In this document: positions 31,279 to 40,711 of the stretch, in pieces | Position numbering within the stretch: the stretch's first letter is position 1 | Layout: the number at the start of each line of letters is the position of its first letter | Origin: a virus | Taxonomy: Duplodnaviria; Caudoviricetes | Direction: 5' to 3' (one strand) | DNA length: 64,000 nucleotides | IMG/VR virus record: IMGVR_UViG_2974688470_000001 | Span: 6,993 to 70,992 of that record | Made by a program: the position numbers and the translations under genes | Notes under the pieces: generated by a model | Database searches by the model: none | Told to the model about the DNA's origin: nothing | The model's input: only the letters and a program-made list of their open reading frames with translations

Positions 31279-31647
31279 TTGTACGATCCACCGCCTGGCT
31301 ATGCCGATTGTGAGTCCGACGCCGAGGACGCGCCGACTCCTCCCGGCCACCCGTTCCATGAGATCGAGGTCGAGGGCGTCGGGATCATCCACGCCCGCAA
31401 GCCTCTGCCCAACGCCATCCCGGCCCTGGCTGGCGCTGCCAACGCCAAGGTCTCCGGCCAGAGCCGGATCGACCACCTCGACATCTTCGTCCAGAACCAC
31501 CTGGCCGAGGGCGAGTTCGAGGGCCTGCTGAGCCGGATGATGGACCCCGACGCCGACATGCCGCCCGACGCGATGCTCCGCGTGAGCCGCGCGATTGCAA
31601 CGGCGGGTACTGCCCGCCCTACTCGGCGGTCATCAATCTCGCGTTGA
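31279..31647 (+). CDS. Tail assembly chaperone-like protein (G-type paralogue)
   Basis: GGAGGG then TTG 31279; aligns by eye with 14315 product (HL...SR(L/M)MDPD). Confidence 0.6.
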   Translation: MYDPPPGYADCESDAEDAPTPPGHPFHEIEVEGVGIIHARKPLPNAIPALAGAANAKVSGQSRIDHLDIFVQNHLAEGEFEGLLSRMMDPDADMPPDAMLRVSRAIATAGTARPTRRSSISR

Positions 31648-31961
31648 TGGCCGCTCACAACTGGAGGGCGCTGCGGCTGCGCTTCGCCGATCACGGCGTC
31701 GGCAATGTGATGGCCGAGGTGCCCTCGATGCACATCGTCCTCGACGCCATCGAGCAGCTCGGCGCGGAGGCATCGACCAGCGGCAAGAAGTCCGAGACCG
31801 AGGCCCGCGCGGCGCTGTCCTCCTACTTCGACAAGCTCTACAAACCCGACATGACCAGGGTGAAGATCGACGGCAGCGAATACCAGGCCCCGCCGCCTGG
31901 GTTCTCCGACGAGGAGGTCGAGGCCAGCTTCGACGCTTTCCTCAACGCGGGTGCCGGGTAG
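31647..31961 (+). CDS. Hypothetical protein, possible T-domain reached by -1 frameshift
   Basis: Its frame is open from 31620 and is -1 relative to the upstream gene; PPPGF...SFDAF C-terminus. Confidence 0.6.
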   Translation: MAAHNWRALRLRFADHGVGNVMAEVPSMHIVLDAIEQLGAEASTSGKKSETEARAALSSYFDKLYKPDMTRVKIDGSEYQAPPPGFSDEEVEASFDAFLNAGAG

Positions 31962-31989
31962 TTGCCCTCCGACCCGTTACCCTGACCTC

Positions 31990-32397
31990 ATGGCGATCAC
32001 CTCCGTATTCTTCGACACGGCGGCGGCTGCTGGCTCCAAGTTCGATCCCGAGGTGGCCGCTGAGATCGAGCACCTGGCCCCTGGCCTCGCGCCCGGCGAG
32101 GTCGGCGAGGCGGAGCTGGCCGATCACGCCGTCAGCAAGGACAAGATCAAGGCGGGCGCGGTCGGCACGACCGAGATCGCCGAGGGCGGCGTCGAGGCCC
32201 AGAACATGGCCAACGACTCGGTGCCCACCGCCGCGCTCCAGGACGACAGCGTGACCGCCGCCAAGGCGGGCCTGGGCGTGAGCACCGCCTACGACGCGGC
32301 GGGCAATCCCATCGAGGACAAGCGGGTCTACCTCACCACCGCCCAGTACAACGCCCTGGGCGTCAAAGACCCGAACACGACCTACTACATCAGCTGA
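31990..32397 (+). CDS. Hypothetical structural protein
   Basis: TACCCT 6 nt upstream; 10-aa periodic V...(I/L)...(A/S)V repeats; LTTAQYNALGVKDPNTTY end. Confidence 0.7.
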   Translation: MAITSVFFDTAAAAGSKFDPEVAAEIEHLAPGLAPGEVGEAELADHAVSKDKIKAGAVGTTEIAEGGVEAQNMANDSVPTAALQDDSVTAAKAGLGVSTAYDAAGNPIEDKRVYLTTAQYNALGVKDPNTTYYIS

Positions 32398-32404
32398 GCC
32401 GCCG

Positions 32405-33538
32405 ATGCCGATCCAGCGCGCAGCTGCGCCGAACTACACCGCCATCCGCCGAGGCTCGACGGTCATCAAGGAGATCAGGCGCGGCTCCACGCTCATGTGG
32501 TCGGGCGCGACGATCCGCGACGGGTTCGATTGGGACGGGTTCCTCCAGGGGTGGATCAACGAGCTGTGCTCCGGCGAAGACCTCGGCACGCTGATCTCCG
32601 ATGGCCTCGGCGGCATCCGCGATGGCCTGGACAACGAGATCGGCCGCGTCGTGCAATACGTCGAGGGCGGGGTCAACGACCTGGGCCTCCTGGTGGCCGA
32701 TACGAGCACCAGCCTGGTCGATGCCTACTGCGGGGCCTGGGGCGGCTCAGCGCCGCCAGACGGCCTCCTGGGACTCATCAACGGCATCCCGCTGATCGGC
32801 TCCGAGCTGAGCAAGATTCTCAAGGAGTGGTTCGGCGGCACCCTGGAGATCGACAGCCTGATCGGCAAGATTCCGGTGGTCGGCCAGGTGGCCCAGATGA
32901 TCGGCCTGGTGCCCGATCAGCTGACCGGCGCGATCACCGACCCGCTCAACTACGTCATTGACGAGGCCGGGAACGTCGTGGGCACCCTGACCTGCGGCCA
33001 GTACAAGAACATCGCCGGGAGCATCCTGGAGCCGATCTGCTATGTCATCGGCGTGGTCGGCCAGAGCGCGAGGATGCTGATCCCCGATGGCCTGATGAAC
33101 CTCTCCGAGGTCGGCTCGCGGTTCCGCCACCCGACGCTGCTCCCGGCCGACGACGGCTACCTGGAGGTCCAGCTCAGCCAGCTCGGCGATCCTGGGTTCG
33201 CCACCCAGGTGTTTCGGAACTACTCGAACGACGGCTCCGGCGCGGTGGGTATCGGGATCGACATCCGCAATGCCACGGCCGGGATCGTGCGCCGCGTCGG
33301 CGGGACCGAGACCATCGTCGCGCCCCAGCTGGGCCAGGCCGGGCCGGGCGATGTCTTGCGCCTGATCCGCGCTGGCACCGAGCACACCCTCCTGCGCAAT
33401 GGCGACCCCATCGGCTCCTGGAACGGTGTCAGCGGCGGCGCTGGGGCGCGCAGCGTGGCGATGGTGATGAACGGGGCCAAGGAGTTCGGCGGCTCGCGGC
33501 TATTCAGCCCGGCGCTGTCCTACCTGGAGGCGGGCTAG
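32405..33538 (+). CDS. Putative minor tail protein
   Basis: 377 aa with strong codon bias; last gene of rightward block. Confidence 0.7.
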   Translation: MPIQRAAAPNYTAIRRGSTVIKEIRRGSTLMWSGATIRDGFDWDGFLQGWINELCSGEDLGTLISDGLGGIRDGLDNEIGRVVQYVEGGVNDLGLLVADTSTSLVDAYCGAWGGSAPPDGLLGLINGIPLIGSELSKILKEWFGGTLEIDSLIGKIPVVGQVAQMIGLVPDQLTGAITDPLNYVIDEAGNVVGTLTCGQYKNIAGSILEPICYVIGVVGQSARMLIPDGLMNLSEVGSRFRHPTLLPADDGYLEVQLSQLGDPGFATQVFRNYSNDGSGAVGIGIDIRNATAGIVRRVGGTETIVAPQLGQAGPGDVLRLIRAGTEHTLLRNGDPIGSWNGVSGGAGARSVAMVMNGAKEFGGSRLFSPALSYLEAG

Positions 33539-33792
33539 CGCCGGTCGAACGGCCAATATCGCTCGCGGGTCTCTCTGCGGCTCTCGCGCACGATCCGCTC
33601 CCGCTGGCCCACTTGGGCGCGGATGGCGGCGTTAGGCGCTCCTGGAGCCGCTGAGCGGGCCAGAATCGCGGGCAGGATCGAGGCGGCGATCATCGCCAGG
33701 CCGAACACCGCCACCACCCAAGCGCGGCGGTAGTCGGAGTCCAGCCCGGCGAGGAGCACCAGCGCCCCGGCCAGGAACAGCCGGGTGTTCAT
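33535..33792 (-). CDS. Small membrane protein
   Basis: ATGA overlap with upstream gene; two hydrophobic helices. Confidence 0.65.
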   Translation of the reverse strand: MNTRLFLAGALVLLAGLDSDYRRAWVVAVFGLAMIAASILPAILARSAAPGAPNAAIRAQVGQRERIVRESRRETRERYWPFDRR

Positions 33793-33995
33793 CGGGAGCC
33801 GTGCCAGCCGCGCCCAGGGCGCTCGGCGTGCCAGGCGTCGATGGTCTCGGGCAGCCACCCCTTGTGGATGCCGACCTCGACATCGTGGGGCGGCAGCTCG
33901 ATGCCGCTCAGCGAGCGCACCGACTTCATGCCGAGGCGCTCGGCGACATCCTGGCGGCTCAGGTAGCGGGTCACCGAGGTGGTGGTCTCGCTCAT
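33789..33995 (-). CDS. Helix-turn-helix DNA-binding protein (AlpA/excisionase-like)
   Basis: YLSRQDVAERLG...GWLPETIDAW. Confidence 0.75.
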   Translation of the reverse strand: MSETTTSVTRYLSRQDVAERLGMKSVRSLSGIELPPHDVEVGIHKGWLPETIDAWHAERPGRGWHGSR

Positions 33996-34414
33996 CAGGC
34001 GCTCCTCTCTGCGCGGTTCTCGATCACCGTAAGGGTGATGGGCGCGGTCTCGGTGGTCTCCACCGCGGCGCGCCCGGCGACGAGGCGGTCCCACTCATTG
34101 CCAGGGGAGCCGCCGATGGTCACGGCCAGCTCCAGCGGGCCAGCGCCGGGGCGCTCAGCGCGGCGCTCGGCCTCGTCCAGGACGCGCTCGACCTGGTAGG
34201 CGAACGCATCGCTCAGCTCCTCGACCTGGCTCAGCAGGCCCGGCGGGCACTTGTCCTGGCCGTTCTCGATGCGCTGGTAGTCGCGCCGGTCCTTGCCGAC
34301 GCGCTCGGCCATCTCGCGCTGGCTCAGGCCGATGAACAGGCGGTGAGCGCGGATGATCTCGCCCAGGCCCCAGCTATGGGTCTCGGGGCGGCGCTCGCGG
34401 GTGGGGGTGGTCAC
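33995..34414 (-). CDS. XRE-family helix-turn-helix protein
   Basis: AAGGAG RBS; GLSQREMAERVG...YQRIENG. Confidence 0.8.
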   Translation of the reverse strand: MTTPTRERRPETHSWGLGEIIRAHRLFIGLSQREMAERVGKDRRDYQRIENGQDKCPPGLLSQVEELSDAFAYQVERVLDEAERRAERPGAGPLELAVTIGGSPGNEWDRLVAGRAAVETTETAPITLTVIENRAERSA

Positions 34415-34497
34415 GTCGATCTCCTTCTGGTGGGGGTTGGCCCCGGCCCTCGCTGGGAGGGCCGGGGCCGGGGTGGTGGAGCTGGCGGCGGCGATGC

Positions 34498-35085
34498 TCA
34501 CCAGCTGTTCTTGGCGGCGCAGATCGGGCCGATGCCGCGCTCCCGGCTCTCGTCGTTGGTCAGCGTCCGGCCGCAGACGCCGCACTCGCCGATCTCATGG
34601 CCGTAGCGCGCGCTGGCCTCGGCGGCTCCGACCTCGGCGATCTTGGCCAGGATGGACTTGGTGGCTGCCCAGCTCATCCGCTGCTCCTCATCGGAGACCA
34701 TGAGCTTGACGAACACCCGGCCCGCCCACTTGCCCTCCTCGGGGCGATCCACCTTGTAGAAGGCCAGGCCATTGGTGGCCCCGTCCTCGGTCTCGATGGC
34801 GTAGCGCCCGGCCGGGACGACCTCGGCGCTGGGGATGCCGTCCTGGCTGGGAGCGGCGGTCTTGGCGCGGCCGGTGAACCCCTCACTCTTGAGGCGGTCG
34901 ATGGTGGCGCTGACCTCGCGCTGGCTGCGGCCGATGAGCCAGCCGTCGATGCGCATCCCGGCCTCGATCTCCGAGGTGCCGCTGGCGAGGGCCTTCTCCA
35001 TCATCAGGCTGCGCGCGTAGGAGGCGCTGGCCTCGCTGGCGATCCGCGCGATGGTTCCGGTGCTGGTGGCGAATGGGCTTCCCAT
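34498..35085 (-). CDS. DUF6011-like zinc-ribbon protein
   Basis: C-terminal CGVCGRTLTNDESRERGIGPICA; AGGAG RBS after repeat cassette. Confidence 0.75.
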   Translation of the reverse strand: MGSPFATSTGTIARIASEASASYARSLMMEKALASGTSEIEAGMRIDGWLIGRSQREVSATIDRLKSEGFTGRAKTAAPSQDGIPSAEVVPAGRYAIETEDGATNGLAFYKVDRPEEGKWAGRVFVKLMVSDEEQRMSWAATKSILAKIAEVGAAEASARYGHEIGECGVCGRTLTNDESRERGIGPICAAKNSW

Positions 35086-35103
35086 GATCTCGATCTCCTA
35101 TCT

Positions 35104-35143
35104 CCGGCGGGGCGATCCCGCCTACTCCTCTGAAGATACCCGA
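35104..35143 (-). repeat. 40-bp promoter/hairpin cassette, copy 1
   Basis: CCGGCGGGGCGATCCCGCCTACTCCTCTGAAGATACCCGA. Confidence 0.95.
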
Positions 35144-35185
35144 CTAAGGAGGGATTCACACCCCCGCCTGATACCGTGTGATGGC

Positions 35186-36841
35186 GTGAGCTTCGTGCAG
35201 AAGAACGCGACCCCTCTGGACACCGAGGAGAACATCGCTCGGCGGGTCCACGCGGTCAGCATCAAGCGCGGCCAGAAGAACCCCGAGCTGGCCTCGGTCA
35301 TCACCCTGATGGGCATCCGCCAGGAGAGCGACTTCTGGTGCCCTTGGAACCGCAAAGACCCCAGCTCGGAGAAGTACGACCACGACTCCGAGAGCGATGA
35401 CGGCCGCAGCGTCGGCTATCTCCAGCAGCAGAACGGCCGGGCGGGCGAGGTGCTCCCGCCCGGCGACCGCGACAACTGGTGGGGGTCGATGGCCCAGCGC
35501 ATGGGCCTGGAGAGCGCCGTCGATACGTTCCAAGATCGGATGTCGGAGGATTACCAGAAGGTCTCCGAGCCGTGGGGCGCGAACGCCATCATCCAGCGCG
35601 TCCAGGGCAGCGGCGTTCCCGACGCCTACGCCAAGCACTGGGACTACTGCTGGAGCCTGCTCCGGCGCGCCCTGGCCACCAGCCCGACGCCGCTGCCGCC
35701 CCTGGTGCCCTCGCCGGTCAAGCCAGCGCCGACTCAGCCGCCCGCCCCGGTCATCCAGCCCAACCCCGGCCACCGCGGCGATCCGCTCTACCTGCCCGAG
35801 CTGCTCCGCGCGTTCGGCGTGAGCGTGAGCACCTACACCGACCAGGAGGGCATCCCCTGGGATCAGCGCGGGCACGGCGACTTCGGGGTCATCGACTATG
35901 TGGTCTGGCACCACACCGGCTCGGTCAACGAGACCGACGTGGGCATCGCCCATCACCCTGCGCTGGGCCTGGCCGCGACGATGCTCGTCCATGAGGACGG
36001 CCATGTCGTGCTCACCGGCTCGGGCATCGCCTGGCACGCGGGCGACGGCATCTGGCCGGGCGTGGCGCGCGGCGCGATGAACCAACGCTCCATCGGCATC
36101 GAGTGCGCCTACAGCTGGGGTCCGCAGGAGCTTCACAACCCCTGGCCACCCGAGCAGCTCCAGGCCATGATCAACATCGGCGGGGCGATCTCCTGGTATC
36201 TCCAGGGCACGCTCCCGCCCGACCACCAGATTGCCCACAAGGAGTGGGCCGGGGCCGAGAACCCGCTGGGCATCAACGCCCAGGGCAAGCCAGACCCCGC
36301 CAACCTCGACATGGATTGGTTCCGTGGCGAGATCGCCAAGCGTGCCGCAGCCGGGCCATCCGGCGGCGGCTCCACAACCGAGGAGGGGTTCCTGATGGGC
36401 CTATCGCAAGAGGACCAGATCGCCATCCGCGACAAGATTCTGGGCTACCCGAGCCTGGACCACGGCTGGCCGAGCCGGTCGATCTTCGCGCGCGGGCCGG
36501 GCAAGGTGGACGACACCGTGGGCATCCTGCTGTTCACCGATGGCAATGCGTTCAACCTCAACGTCATCCTGGGCGCGATGGCCGGGTTCGAGCCGTTCGC
36601 CGAGGACGTGCGCCGGGTCGCCGAGCATGGCCCGGCCGAGGGCACGTTCGCCGCCGAGCACTACCCCGAGGACGCCAAGGCCATCGCCCAGGCGTTCGTG
36701 CCGCTGATCGGGACGCTGCCCCAGCTGATGGCGCTCGCCACCGGCCCTCGCGGCGATCTCACCGGCCCGGCTCCGGCGAAGAAGGCCGCGCCCAAGAAGC
36801 GCGCCAAGAAGGCCGCGCCGACCGGCGAGGTGACTGAGTGA
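35186..36841 (+). CDS. Lysin A (endolysin with amidase-2 domain)
   Basis: WHHTG, WHAG, SIGIEC, AHKEW and GKPDP amidase motifs after a Pro-rich linker; GTG 35186 preceded by TACCGT. Confidence 0.9.
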   Translation: MSFVQKNATPLDTEENIARRVHAVSIKRGQKNPELASVITLMGIRQESDFWCPWNRKDPSSEKYDHDSESDDGRSVGYLQQQNGRAGEVLPPGDRDNWWGSMAQRMGLESAVDTFQDRMSEDYQKVSEPWGANAIIQRVQGSGVPDAYAKHWDYCWSLLRRALATSPTPLPPLVPSPVKPAPTQPPAPVIQPNPGHRGDPLYLPELLRAFGVSVSTYTDQEGIPWDQRGHGDFGVIDYVVWHHTGSVNETDVGIAHHPALGLAATMLVHEDGHVVLTGSGIAWHAGDGIWPGVARGAMNQRSIGIECAYSWGPQELHNPWPPEQLQAMINIGGAISWYLQGTLPPDHQIAHKEWAGAENPLGINAQGKPDPANLDMDWFRGEIAKRAAAGPSGGGSTTEEGFLMGLSQEDQIAIRDKILGYPSLDHGWPSRSIFARGPGKVDDTVGILLFTDGNAFNLNVILGAMAGFEPFAEDVRRVAEHGPAEGTFAAEHYPEDAKAIAQAFVPLIGTLPQLMALATGPRGDLTGPAPAKKAAPKKRAKKAAPTGEVTE

Positions 36842-38202
36842 CCGCGCCAGCTCCGGCCTGGCACCCGCCCAACACGGTGGGCGACATCGACCCCAACATC
36901 GTCAAGGCCAAGCAATACCTCCGGCGGTTCTCCTACGGCCAGCCCGCCAACGACGGCACCCCGCTCTACACCGAGGCGTTCGGCGAGGCGCTGCGCACGT
37001 TCCAGTCCAAGCGCAACGACGAGATCGCTCGCGGGGCCAAGCCAGGGCCGAGGATGAACCGGCCCGGCTGGCTCGACTACGACACCAAGGTCCAGCTGGA
37101 GATCGAGCCGCGCGCTGGCGGCGCGAACCCGCCTCCGCCGCACCTGGTCACCGACAGCCATTTCCTGAGCGCGCCCGGCTCCGGCGTGGACTGGTGGGTC
37201 GGCCCGCCGTTCAACATGGGCGAGTGGCTCAAGGACAACGCCGGGGTCCATCACTGGCCCTGCGGCTACCCCAAGGGCGGCTACCTCGGCCTGATGGGCG
37301 GCGACTCCGGCCAGAGCTATATCGACACCATCGCCCTGGAGGCCGTCGAGTTCGAGCGGCGCATCCGCGAGGACATCCTGCCGGGCTATGGCGTGAAGCT
37401 CCAGCCCGGCCAGGCGATCACCGACGCCCAGGTGGCCTCGCTCCCGGCCTCGTTCAAGCTGATGCCCTGCGGCTACAGCCAGAGCGCGGACGGCATCATC
37501 CAGGCGTGCGCCAAGCTGTTCGGCGAGGGCGGCGTGTTCGAGGCGCTCCGGCCCAAGCTGGTCGGCATCGTGGCGTTCGGCAATCCGGCGCGCCAGGGCG
37601 GGCCGACCCGGTACGGGCGCAATCCCAAGGGCAAGGGCATCAGCGGCTATGTCGCGCCGCCCTGGCTGGCCGCGCTCATCATCGACATCGTTACCGAGAC
37701 CCCGACCGCGCCGGACTTCTATGCGTGCAACACCTCCGAGATCGCCGCGATTGCCTACGACATCGTGGTGCGGGCGGAGACCCAGCTGCCGTTCATCGTC
37801 TACCTGGGCAAGGTCATCATCCCGACCCTGCTCAAGGTGGTGACCGGCGCTGGCGGGCTGCTGGGCGGCGGCGGTGGCGGGCTGTTCGGCGGGCTGAGTG
37901 GCCTCCTGGGGAACGCGGCCACCATCCCGCTCCTCTCGGGCCTCACCGGCCTGAGCGGCGGGCAGCTGGTGCCGATCGTCAACGCGGCTCAGACCGACGA
38001 CGGCGAGGCCGACGCGGTGGCGGCGCGCATCGCGGCCAAGCTGAGCCTGATGGGCATCGTGATGGCGGTGCCCGAGCTGATCGGGCTGCTGATGGCGCTG
38101 CCGGGCATCCAGACCCACGGCCTCTACGAGCAGCCACAGCCGGAGTTCGGCGGGCTGAGCGGGGTCCAGGTGGCGCTCAATCTCGCGCGTCCGCTCCTGT
38201 AG
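36838..38202 (+). CDS. Lysin B (cutinase-like esterase)
   Basis: Follows lysin A; N-terminal peptidoglycan-binding-like region; GYSQS elbow, FGNPAR, DFYA. Confidence 0.85.
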   Translation: MTAPAPAWHPPNTVGDIDPNIVKAKQYLRRFSYGQPANDGTPLYTEAFGEALRTFQSKRNDEIARGAKPGPRMNRPGWLDYDTKVQLEIEPRAGGANPPPPHLVTDSHFLSAPGSGVDWWVGPPFNMGEWLKDNAGVHHWPCGYPKGGYLGLMGGDSGQSYIDTIALEAVEFERRIREDILPGYGVKLQPGQAITDAQVASLPASFKLMPCGYSQSADGIIQACAKLFGEGGVFEALRPKLVGIVAFGNPARQGGPTRYGRNPKGKGISGYVAPPWLAALIIDIVTETPTAPDFYACNTSEIAAIAYDIVVRAETQLPFIVYLGKVIIPTLLKVVTGAGGLLGGGGGGLFGGLSGLLGNAATIPLLSGLTGLSGGQLVPIVNAAQTDDGEADAVAARIAAKLSLMGIVMAVPELIGLLMALPGIQTHGLYEQPQPEFGGLSGVQVALNLARPLL

Positions 38203-38246
38203 GCGCTATTCTGGCCCCAGCCTTCATGGTTGTGGGCGCAGAGAGC

Positions 38247-38280
38247 GAGGCCCCGGCGAGAGCGATCTCACCGGGGCCTC
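38247..38280. terminator. Hairpin between convergent lysis and replication blocks
   Basis: GAGGCCCCGG...CCGGGGCCTC stem with inner GAGA-GCGA-TCTC. Confidence 0.7.
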
Positions 38281-38296
38281 GTCCTATCTCAGGGGC

Positions 38297-38926
38297 CTAC
38301 CCCTGGGCCTTGCGCCACTCCTGGAACAGGGACTTGTCCTCCTCGTCGGCCGCGACCAGGATGACCGGCGGCGACTGACCCTGCTTCTTCTGGCCGAGGG
38401 TGATCCGGCCCAGCACCCAGGCGGTGCCGTTGTCCAGGGCCTTCTTGCCCTCGCGGACCAACGGCTTGTTGAAGATCAGCACGTCGTCAATCCGCTCGCC
38501 CACCTCATACGCCTCGAACGTCTCGACATCGCCGTCCTTGTTCAGCACGGTGACGTTGCCCTCGGCGTCCTTGGTGGCGGGGTTGCGCGTCGGCGCGCCC
38601 TCCTCGGGAACCGTGAGCGGGATGATGTCGAACCGGACGTACTCGCTCTGCGGGTTCTCCGGCGTGTTCGAGCTGGTCTTCATCCACCCGGTCTCGGTGG
38701 CGTGCATGAGGACCAGCTGGCCCATGAACGAGCCGGGCTTGTAGCCGCTGACCCCGGTGGGATCGCCGACGTTACCGAACGGATCGCCCTTGGCCTTGAC
38801 GGTCTGCGCGGGCGCGCCGTCCTCGGACCCCGCGTTGGTGACCTCATCGGGGAGGGCATCGCGCTTGGAGGCGGCGGGCTTGGTGGCGGTGGCAGCGCCA
38901 CCCTTGTTGAACGGTGAACCGGCCAT
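38297..38926 (-). CDS. Hypothetical replication-block protein (possibly ssDNA-binding)
   Basis: AAGGAGG RBS; beta-rich; function inferred from position only. Confidence 0.65.
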   Translation of the reverse strand: MAGSPFNKGGAATATKPAASKRDALPDEVTNAGSEDGAPAQTVKAKGDPFGNVGDPTGVSGYKPGSFMGQLVLMHATETGWMKTSSNTPENPQSEYVRFDIIPLTVPEEGAPTRNPATKDAEGNVTVLNKDGDVETFEAYEVGERIDDVLIFNKPLVREGKKALDNGTAWVLGRITLGQKKQGQSPPVILVAADEEDKSLFQEWRKAQG

Positions 38927-39029
38927 ATCGGTCGGCCTCCTTCTTGTGTTGTGCGCGTGCGGGTTTGCGTGCGCGTTTTCTGTGATCGGGCGTGATGCCG
39001 CGCTCCCGAGGAGCCGCCAGCCCGAGGGA

Positions 39030-40388
39030 CTACTGATCGAGCAGCGCGGCCACTCGCTCCGCGTGCTCCCCGAGGGCGTCGTCCCAAACGTCCTCGTAGC
39101 TCTCGTACACCGCCTGGCCCTCCTCCAGGCTGGTGATGGCGCTCAGCTCGGCGAACGCGGTGGAGTACCGGATCGTGTCCTCGCTGGGCACCGGGATGGC
39201 GTGCTTGGGCACCTCGACCTTGGCCTCCTTGCGGCGGCGGCGGGCCTCCAGGCTGGCCACCATCGTCTCCGCGCCCCAGGTCAGGTCGATGGTGATGGCG
39301 GCGGCGTGCTCGGGCTGATCGCTGGGGATGTGGAGGAGCACGGCGAAGTCGTCGCGGATGTCGGGGAACGGCTCCCAGCTCTTGCCGTCCGCGCTGAGCA
39401 CCTTGGTGGCCCAGCCGTAGACCCCGCCCACCTGGACGCCATAGCTCAGCCAGCTGTACTGGAGGTCTTTGTTCGTCTTGACATCGAGGAGCACCAGCTC
39501 GCCGGTCTCGACCAGCCGCCCCACGCCGTCGATCTTCCCGGCCACGGTCTCCTCGCCCTGGTCGTTGAGGATGGTCCGCTCGGTGTACTCGGGGAGCACC
39601 ACGATGCCGCGGTGAGCCAGCACGCGCATCCCGTTCTCGACGTGCGGCCGGACGATCTGCGGCACCTGGCCCAGGAGCACCGCCCCGGCATGGATCGCGC
39701 CGAGCCAGGCGTGAGCGCACTCGCCCAGCTCGCGGGCGTAGGCCCCGCCCATGAGGTTGTCGATCACATCGAGGGTGTTGTCCAGCTCGGTGACCTTGGG
39801 CGCGGCCAGCGCCTTCTCCAGGGCGTCCATCGCCTCGCCCGCCGTGGTGCCGGTCGGCTCATGGATCACCTGGTCGGGGTCGATCCTGGCCAGCTCCAGC
39901 ACGCGCTTGGCGGTCTCGCGGCGCTTCCAGCGGTTGAGGCCGTAGGTCTCATCGAGGGTGTCGGCGATGGTCGTGGCGCGCGGGAACCCGGTGGTCACCC
40001 CGGTCGTCGGAGCCGGGAGCTGATACCACCCCCAGCCGTTGTGCTTGGAGATCGGCCGGTCCAGATCGGGCGGCAGCGGGAACCGCTCCCATTGCGTGGT
40101 GCGGGGAGCTGGCTCGAAGTCATCGGTCAGCGCGGTCATATGGGCCTCCTGCGGTTGTGAGATGGCCTCCGGCGGCGCTGGTGCCGCCGGAGGGGAGATC
40201 GGCGCTCCTGGAGGCGCTGAGCCTGCCGGGAGGGGCGCTGGCGCGCCAGGGGCGCGATAGCTCGGGTCGGCCTGGTCGAGGTTGGGACTCCAGCCGTCCT
40301 GAGCGCCCTTGCCCGAGCGGTACCAGATCGTGCCGTCTGGCTGGCGGCGGGCCGGATACATCTCGGCCACGGTGAGCTGGCGGGCCAT
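39030..40388 (-). CDS. PD-(D/E)XK exonuclease (Cas4/RecB-like family)
   Basis: GECAH, E...AGKID...LLDVKT and Q...Y motifs; alternative start near 40139. Confidence 0.8.
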   Translation of the reverse strand: MARQLTVAEMYPARRQPDGTIWYRSGKGAQDGWSPNLDQADPSYRAPGAPAPLPAGSAPPGAPISPPAAPAPPEAISQPQEAHMTALTDDFEPAPRTTQWERFPLPPDLDRPISKHNGWGWYQLPAPTTGVTTGFPRATTIADTLDETYGLNRWKRRETAKRVLELARIDPDQVIHEPTGTTAGEAMDALEKALAAPKVTELDNTLDVIDNLMGGAYARELGECAHAWLGAIHAGAVLLGQVPQIVRPHVENGMRVLAHRGIVVLPEYTERTILNDQGEETVAGKIDGVGRLVETGELVLLDVKTNKDLQYSWLSYGVQVGGVYGWATKVLSADGKSWEPFPDIRDDFAVLLHIPSDQPEHAAAITIDLTWGAETMVASLEARRRRKEAKVEVPKHAIPVPSEDTIRYSTAFAELSAITSLEEGQAVYESYEDVWDDALGEHAERVAALLDQ

Positions 40389-40711
40389 CACTCGGCCGTC
40401 CTGATGCGCACCCACTCGTCGGCCTCGGAGCTGCGGCAGGAGAACATCCCGTCGAGGTCCGGCTCGTTCCACATGATCAGCCGCGCGTAGAAGGCGGCGA
40501 AGTTGTTGTTGATCTTGTACTCATCGCCCACGGTGGTCATGGCGATCTCCCAGCGGGCGCGCTCGAACAGCTGCTGGACGCCGCACCGCTCGCGGCCGGT
40601 GGCGCGCCAGGCGCGGGCCATCTGGACGAGCACGTCGTAGACCTTGGGGTTGGCGTCATGGAACCGCTCGAACGCCTGGGCAATCGGCCCCAGCTGCTCC
40701 TCGGCGCTCAC
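40388..40711 (-). CDS. Hypothetical protein
   Basis: FERFH..NP..Y...KINNN..AFYARL; overlap-coupled. Confidence 0.7.
   Translation of the reverse strand: MSAEEQLGPIAQAFERFHDANPKVYDVLVQMARAWRATGRERCGVQQLFERARWEIAMTTVGDEYKINNNFAAFYARLIMWNEPDLDGMFSCRSSEADEWVRIRTAE

Noticed and set aside
33789-34414. Immunity repressor / lysogeny module
   Set aside because: HTH genes are present but no integrase, parAB or attP is seen in the window
35051-35185. Longer ORF-track starts for lysin A and several other genes
   Set aside because: Extensions overlap neighbouring genes or regulatory repeats; shorter starts have an RBS, -10 or coupling support
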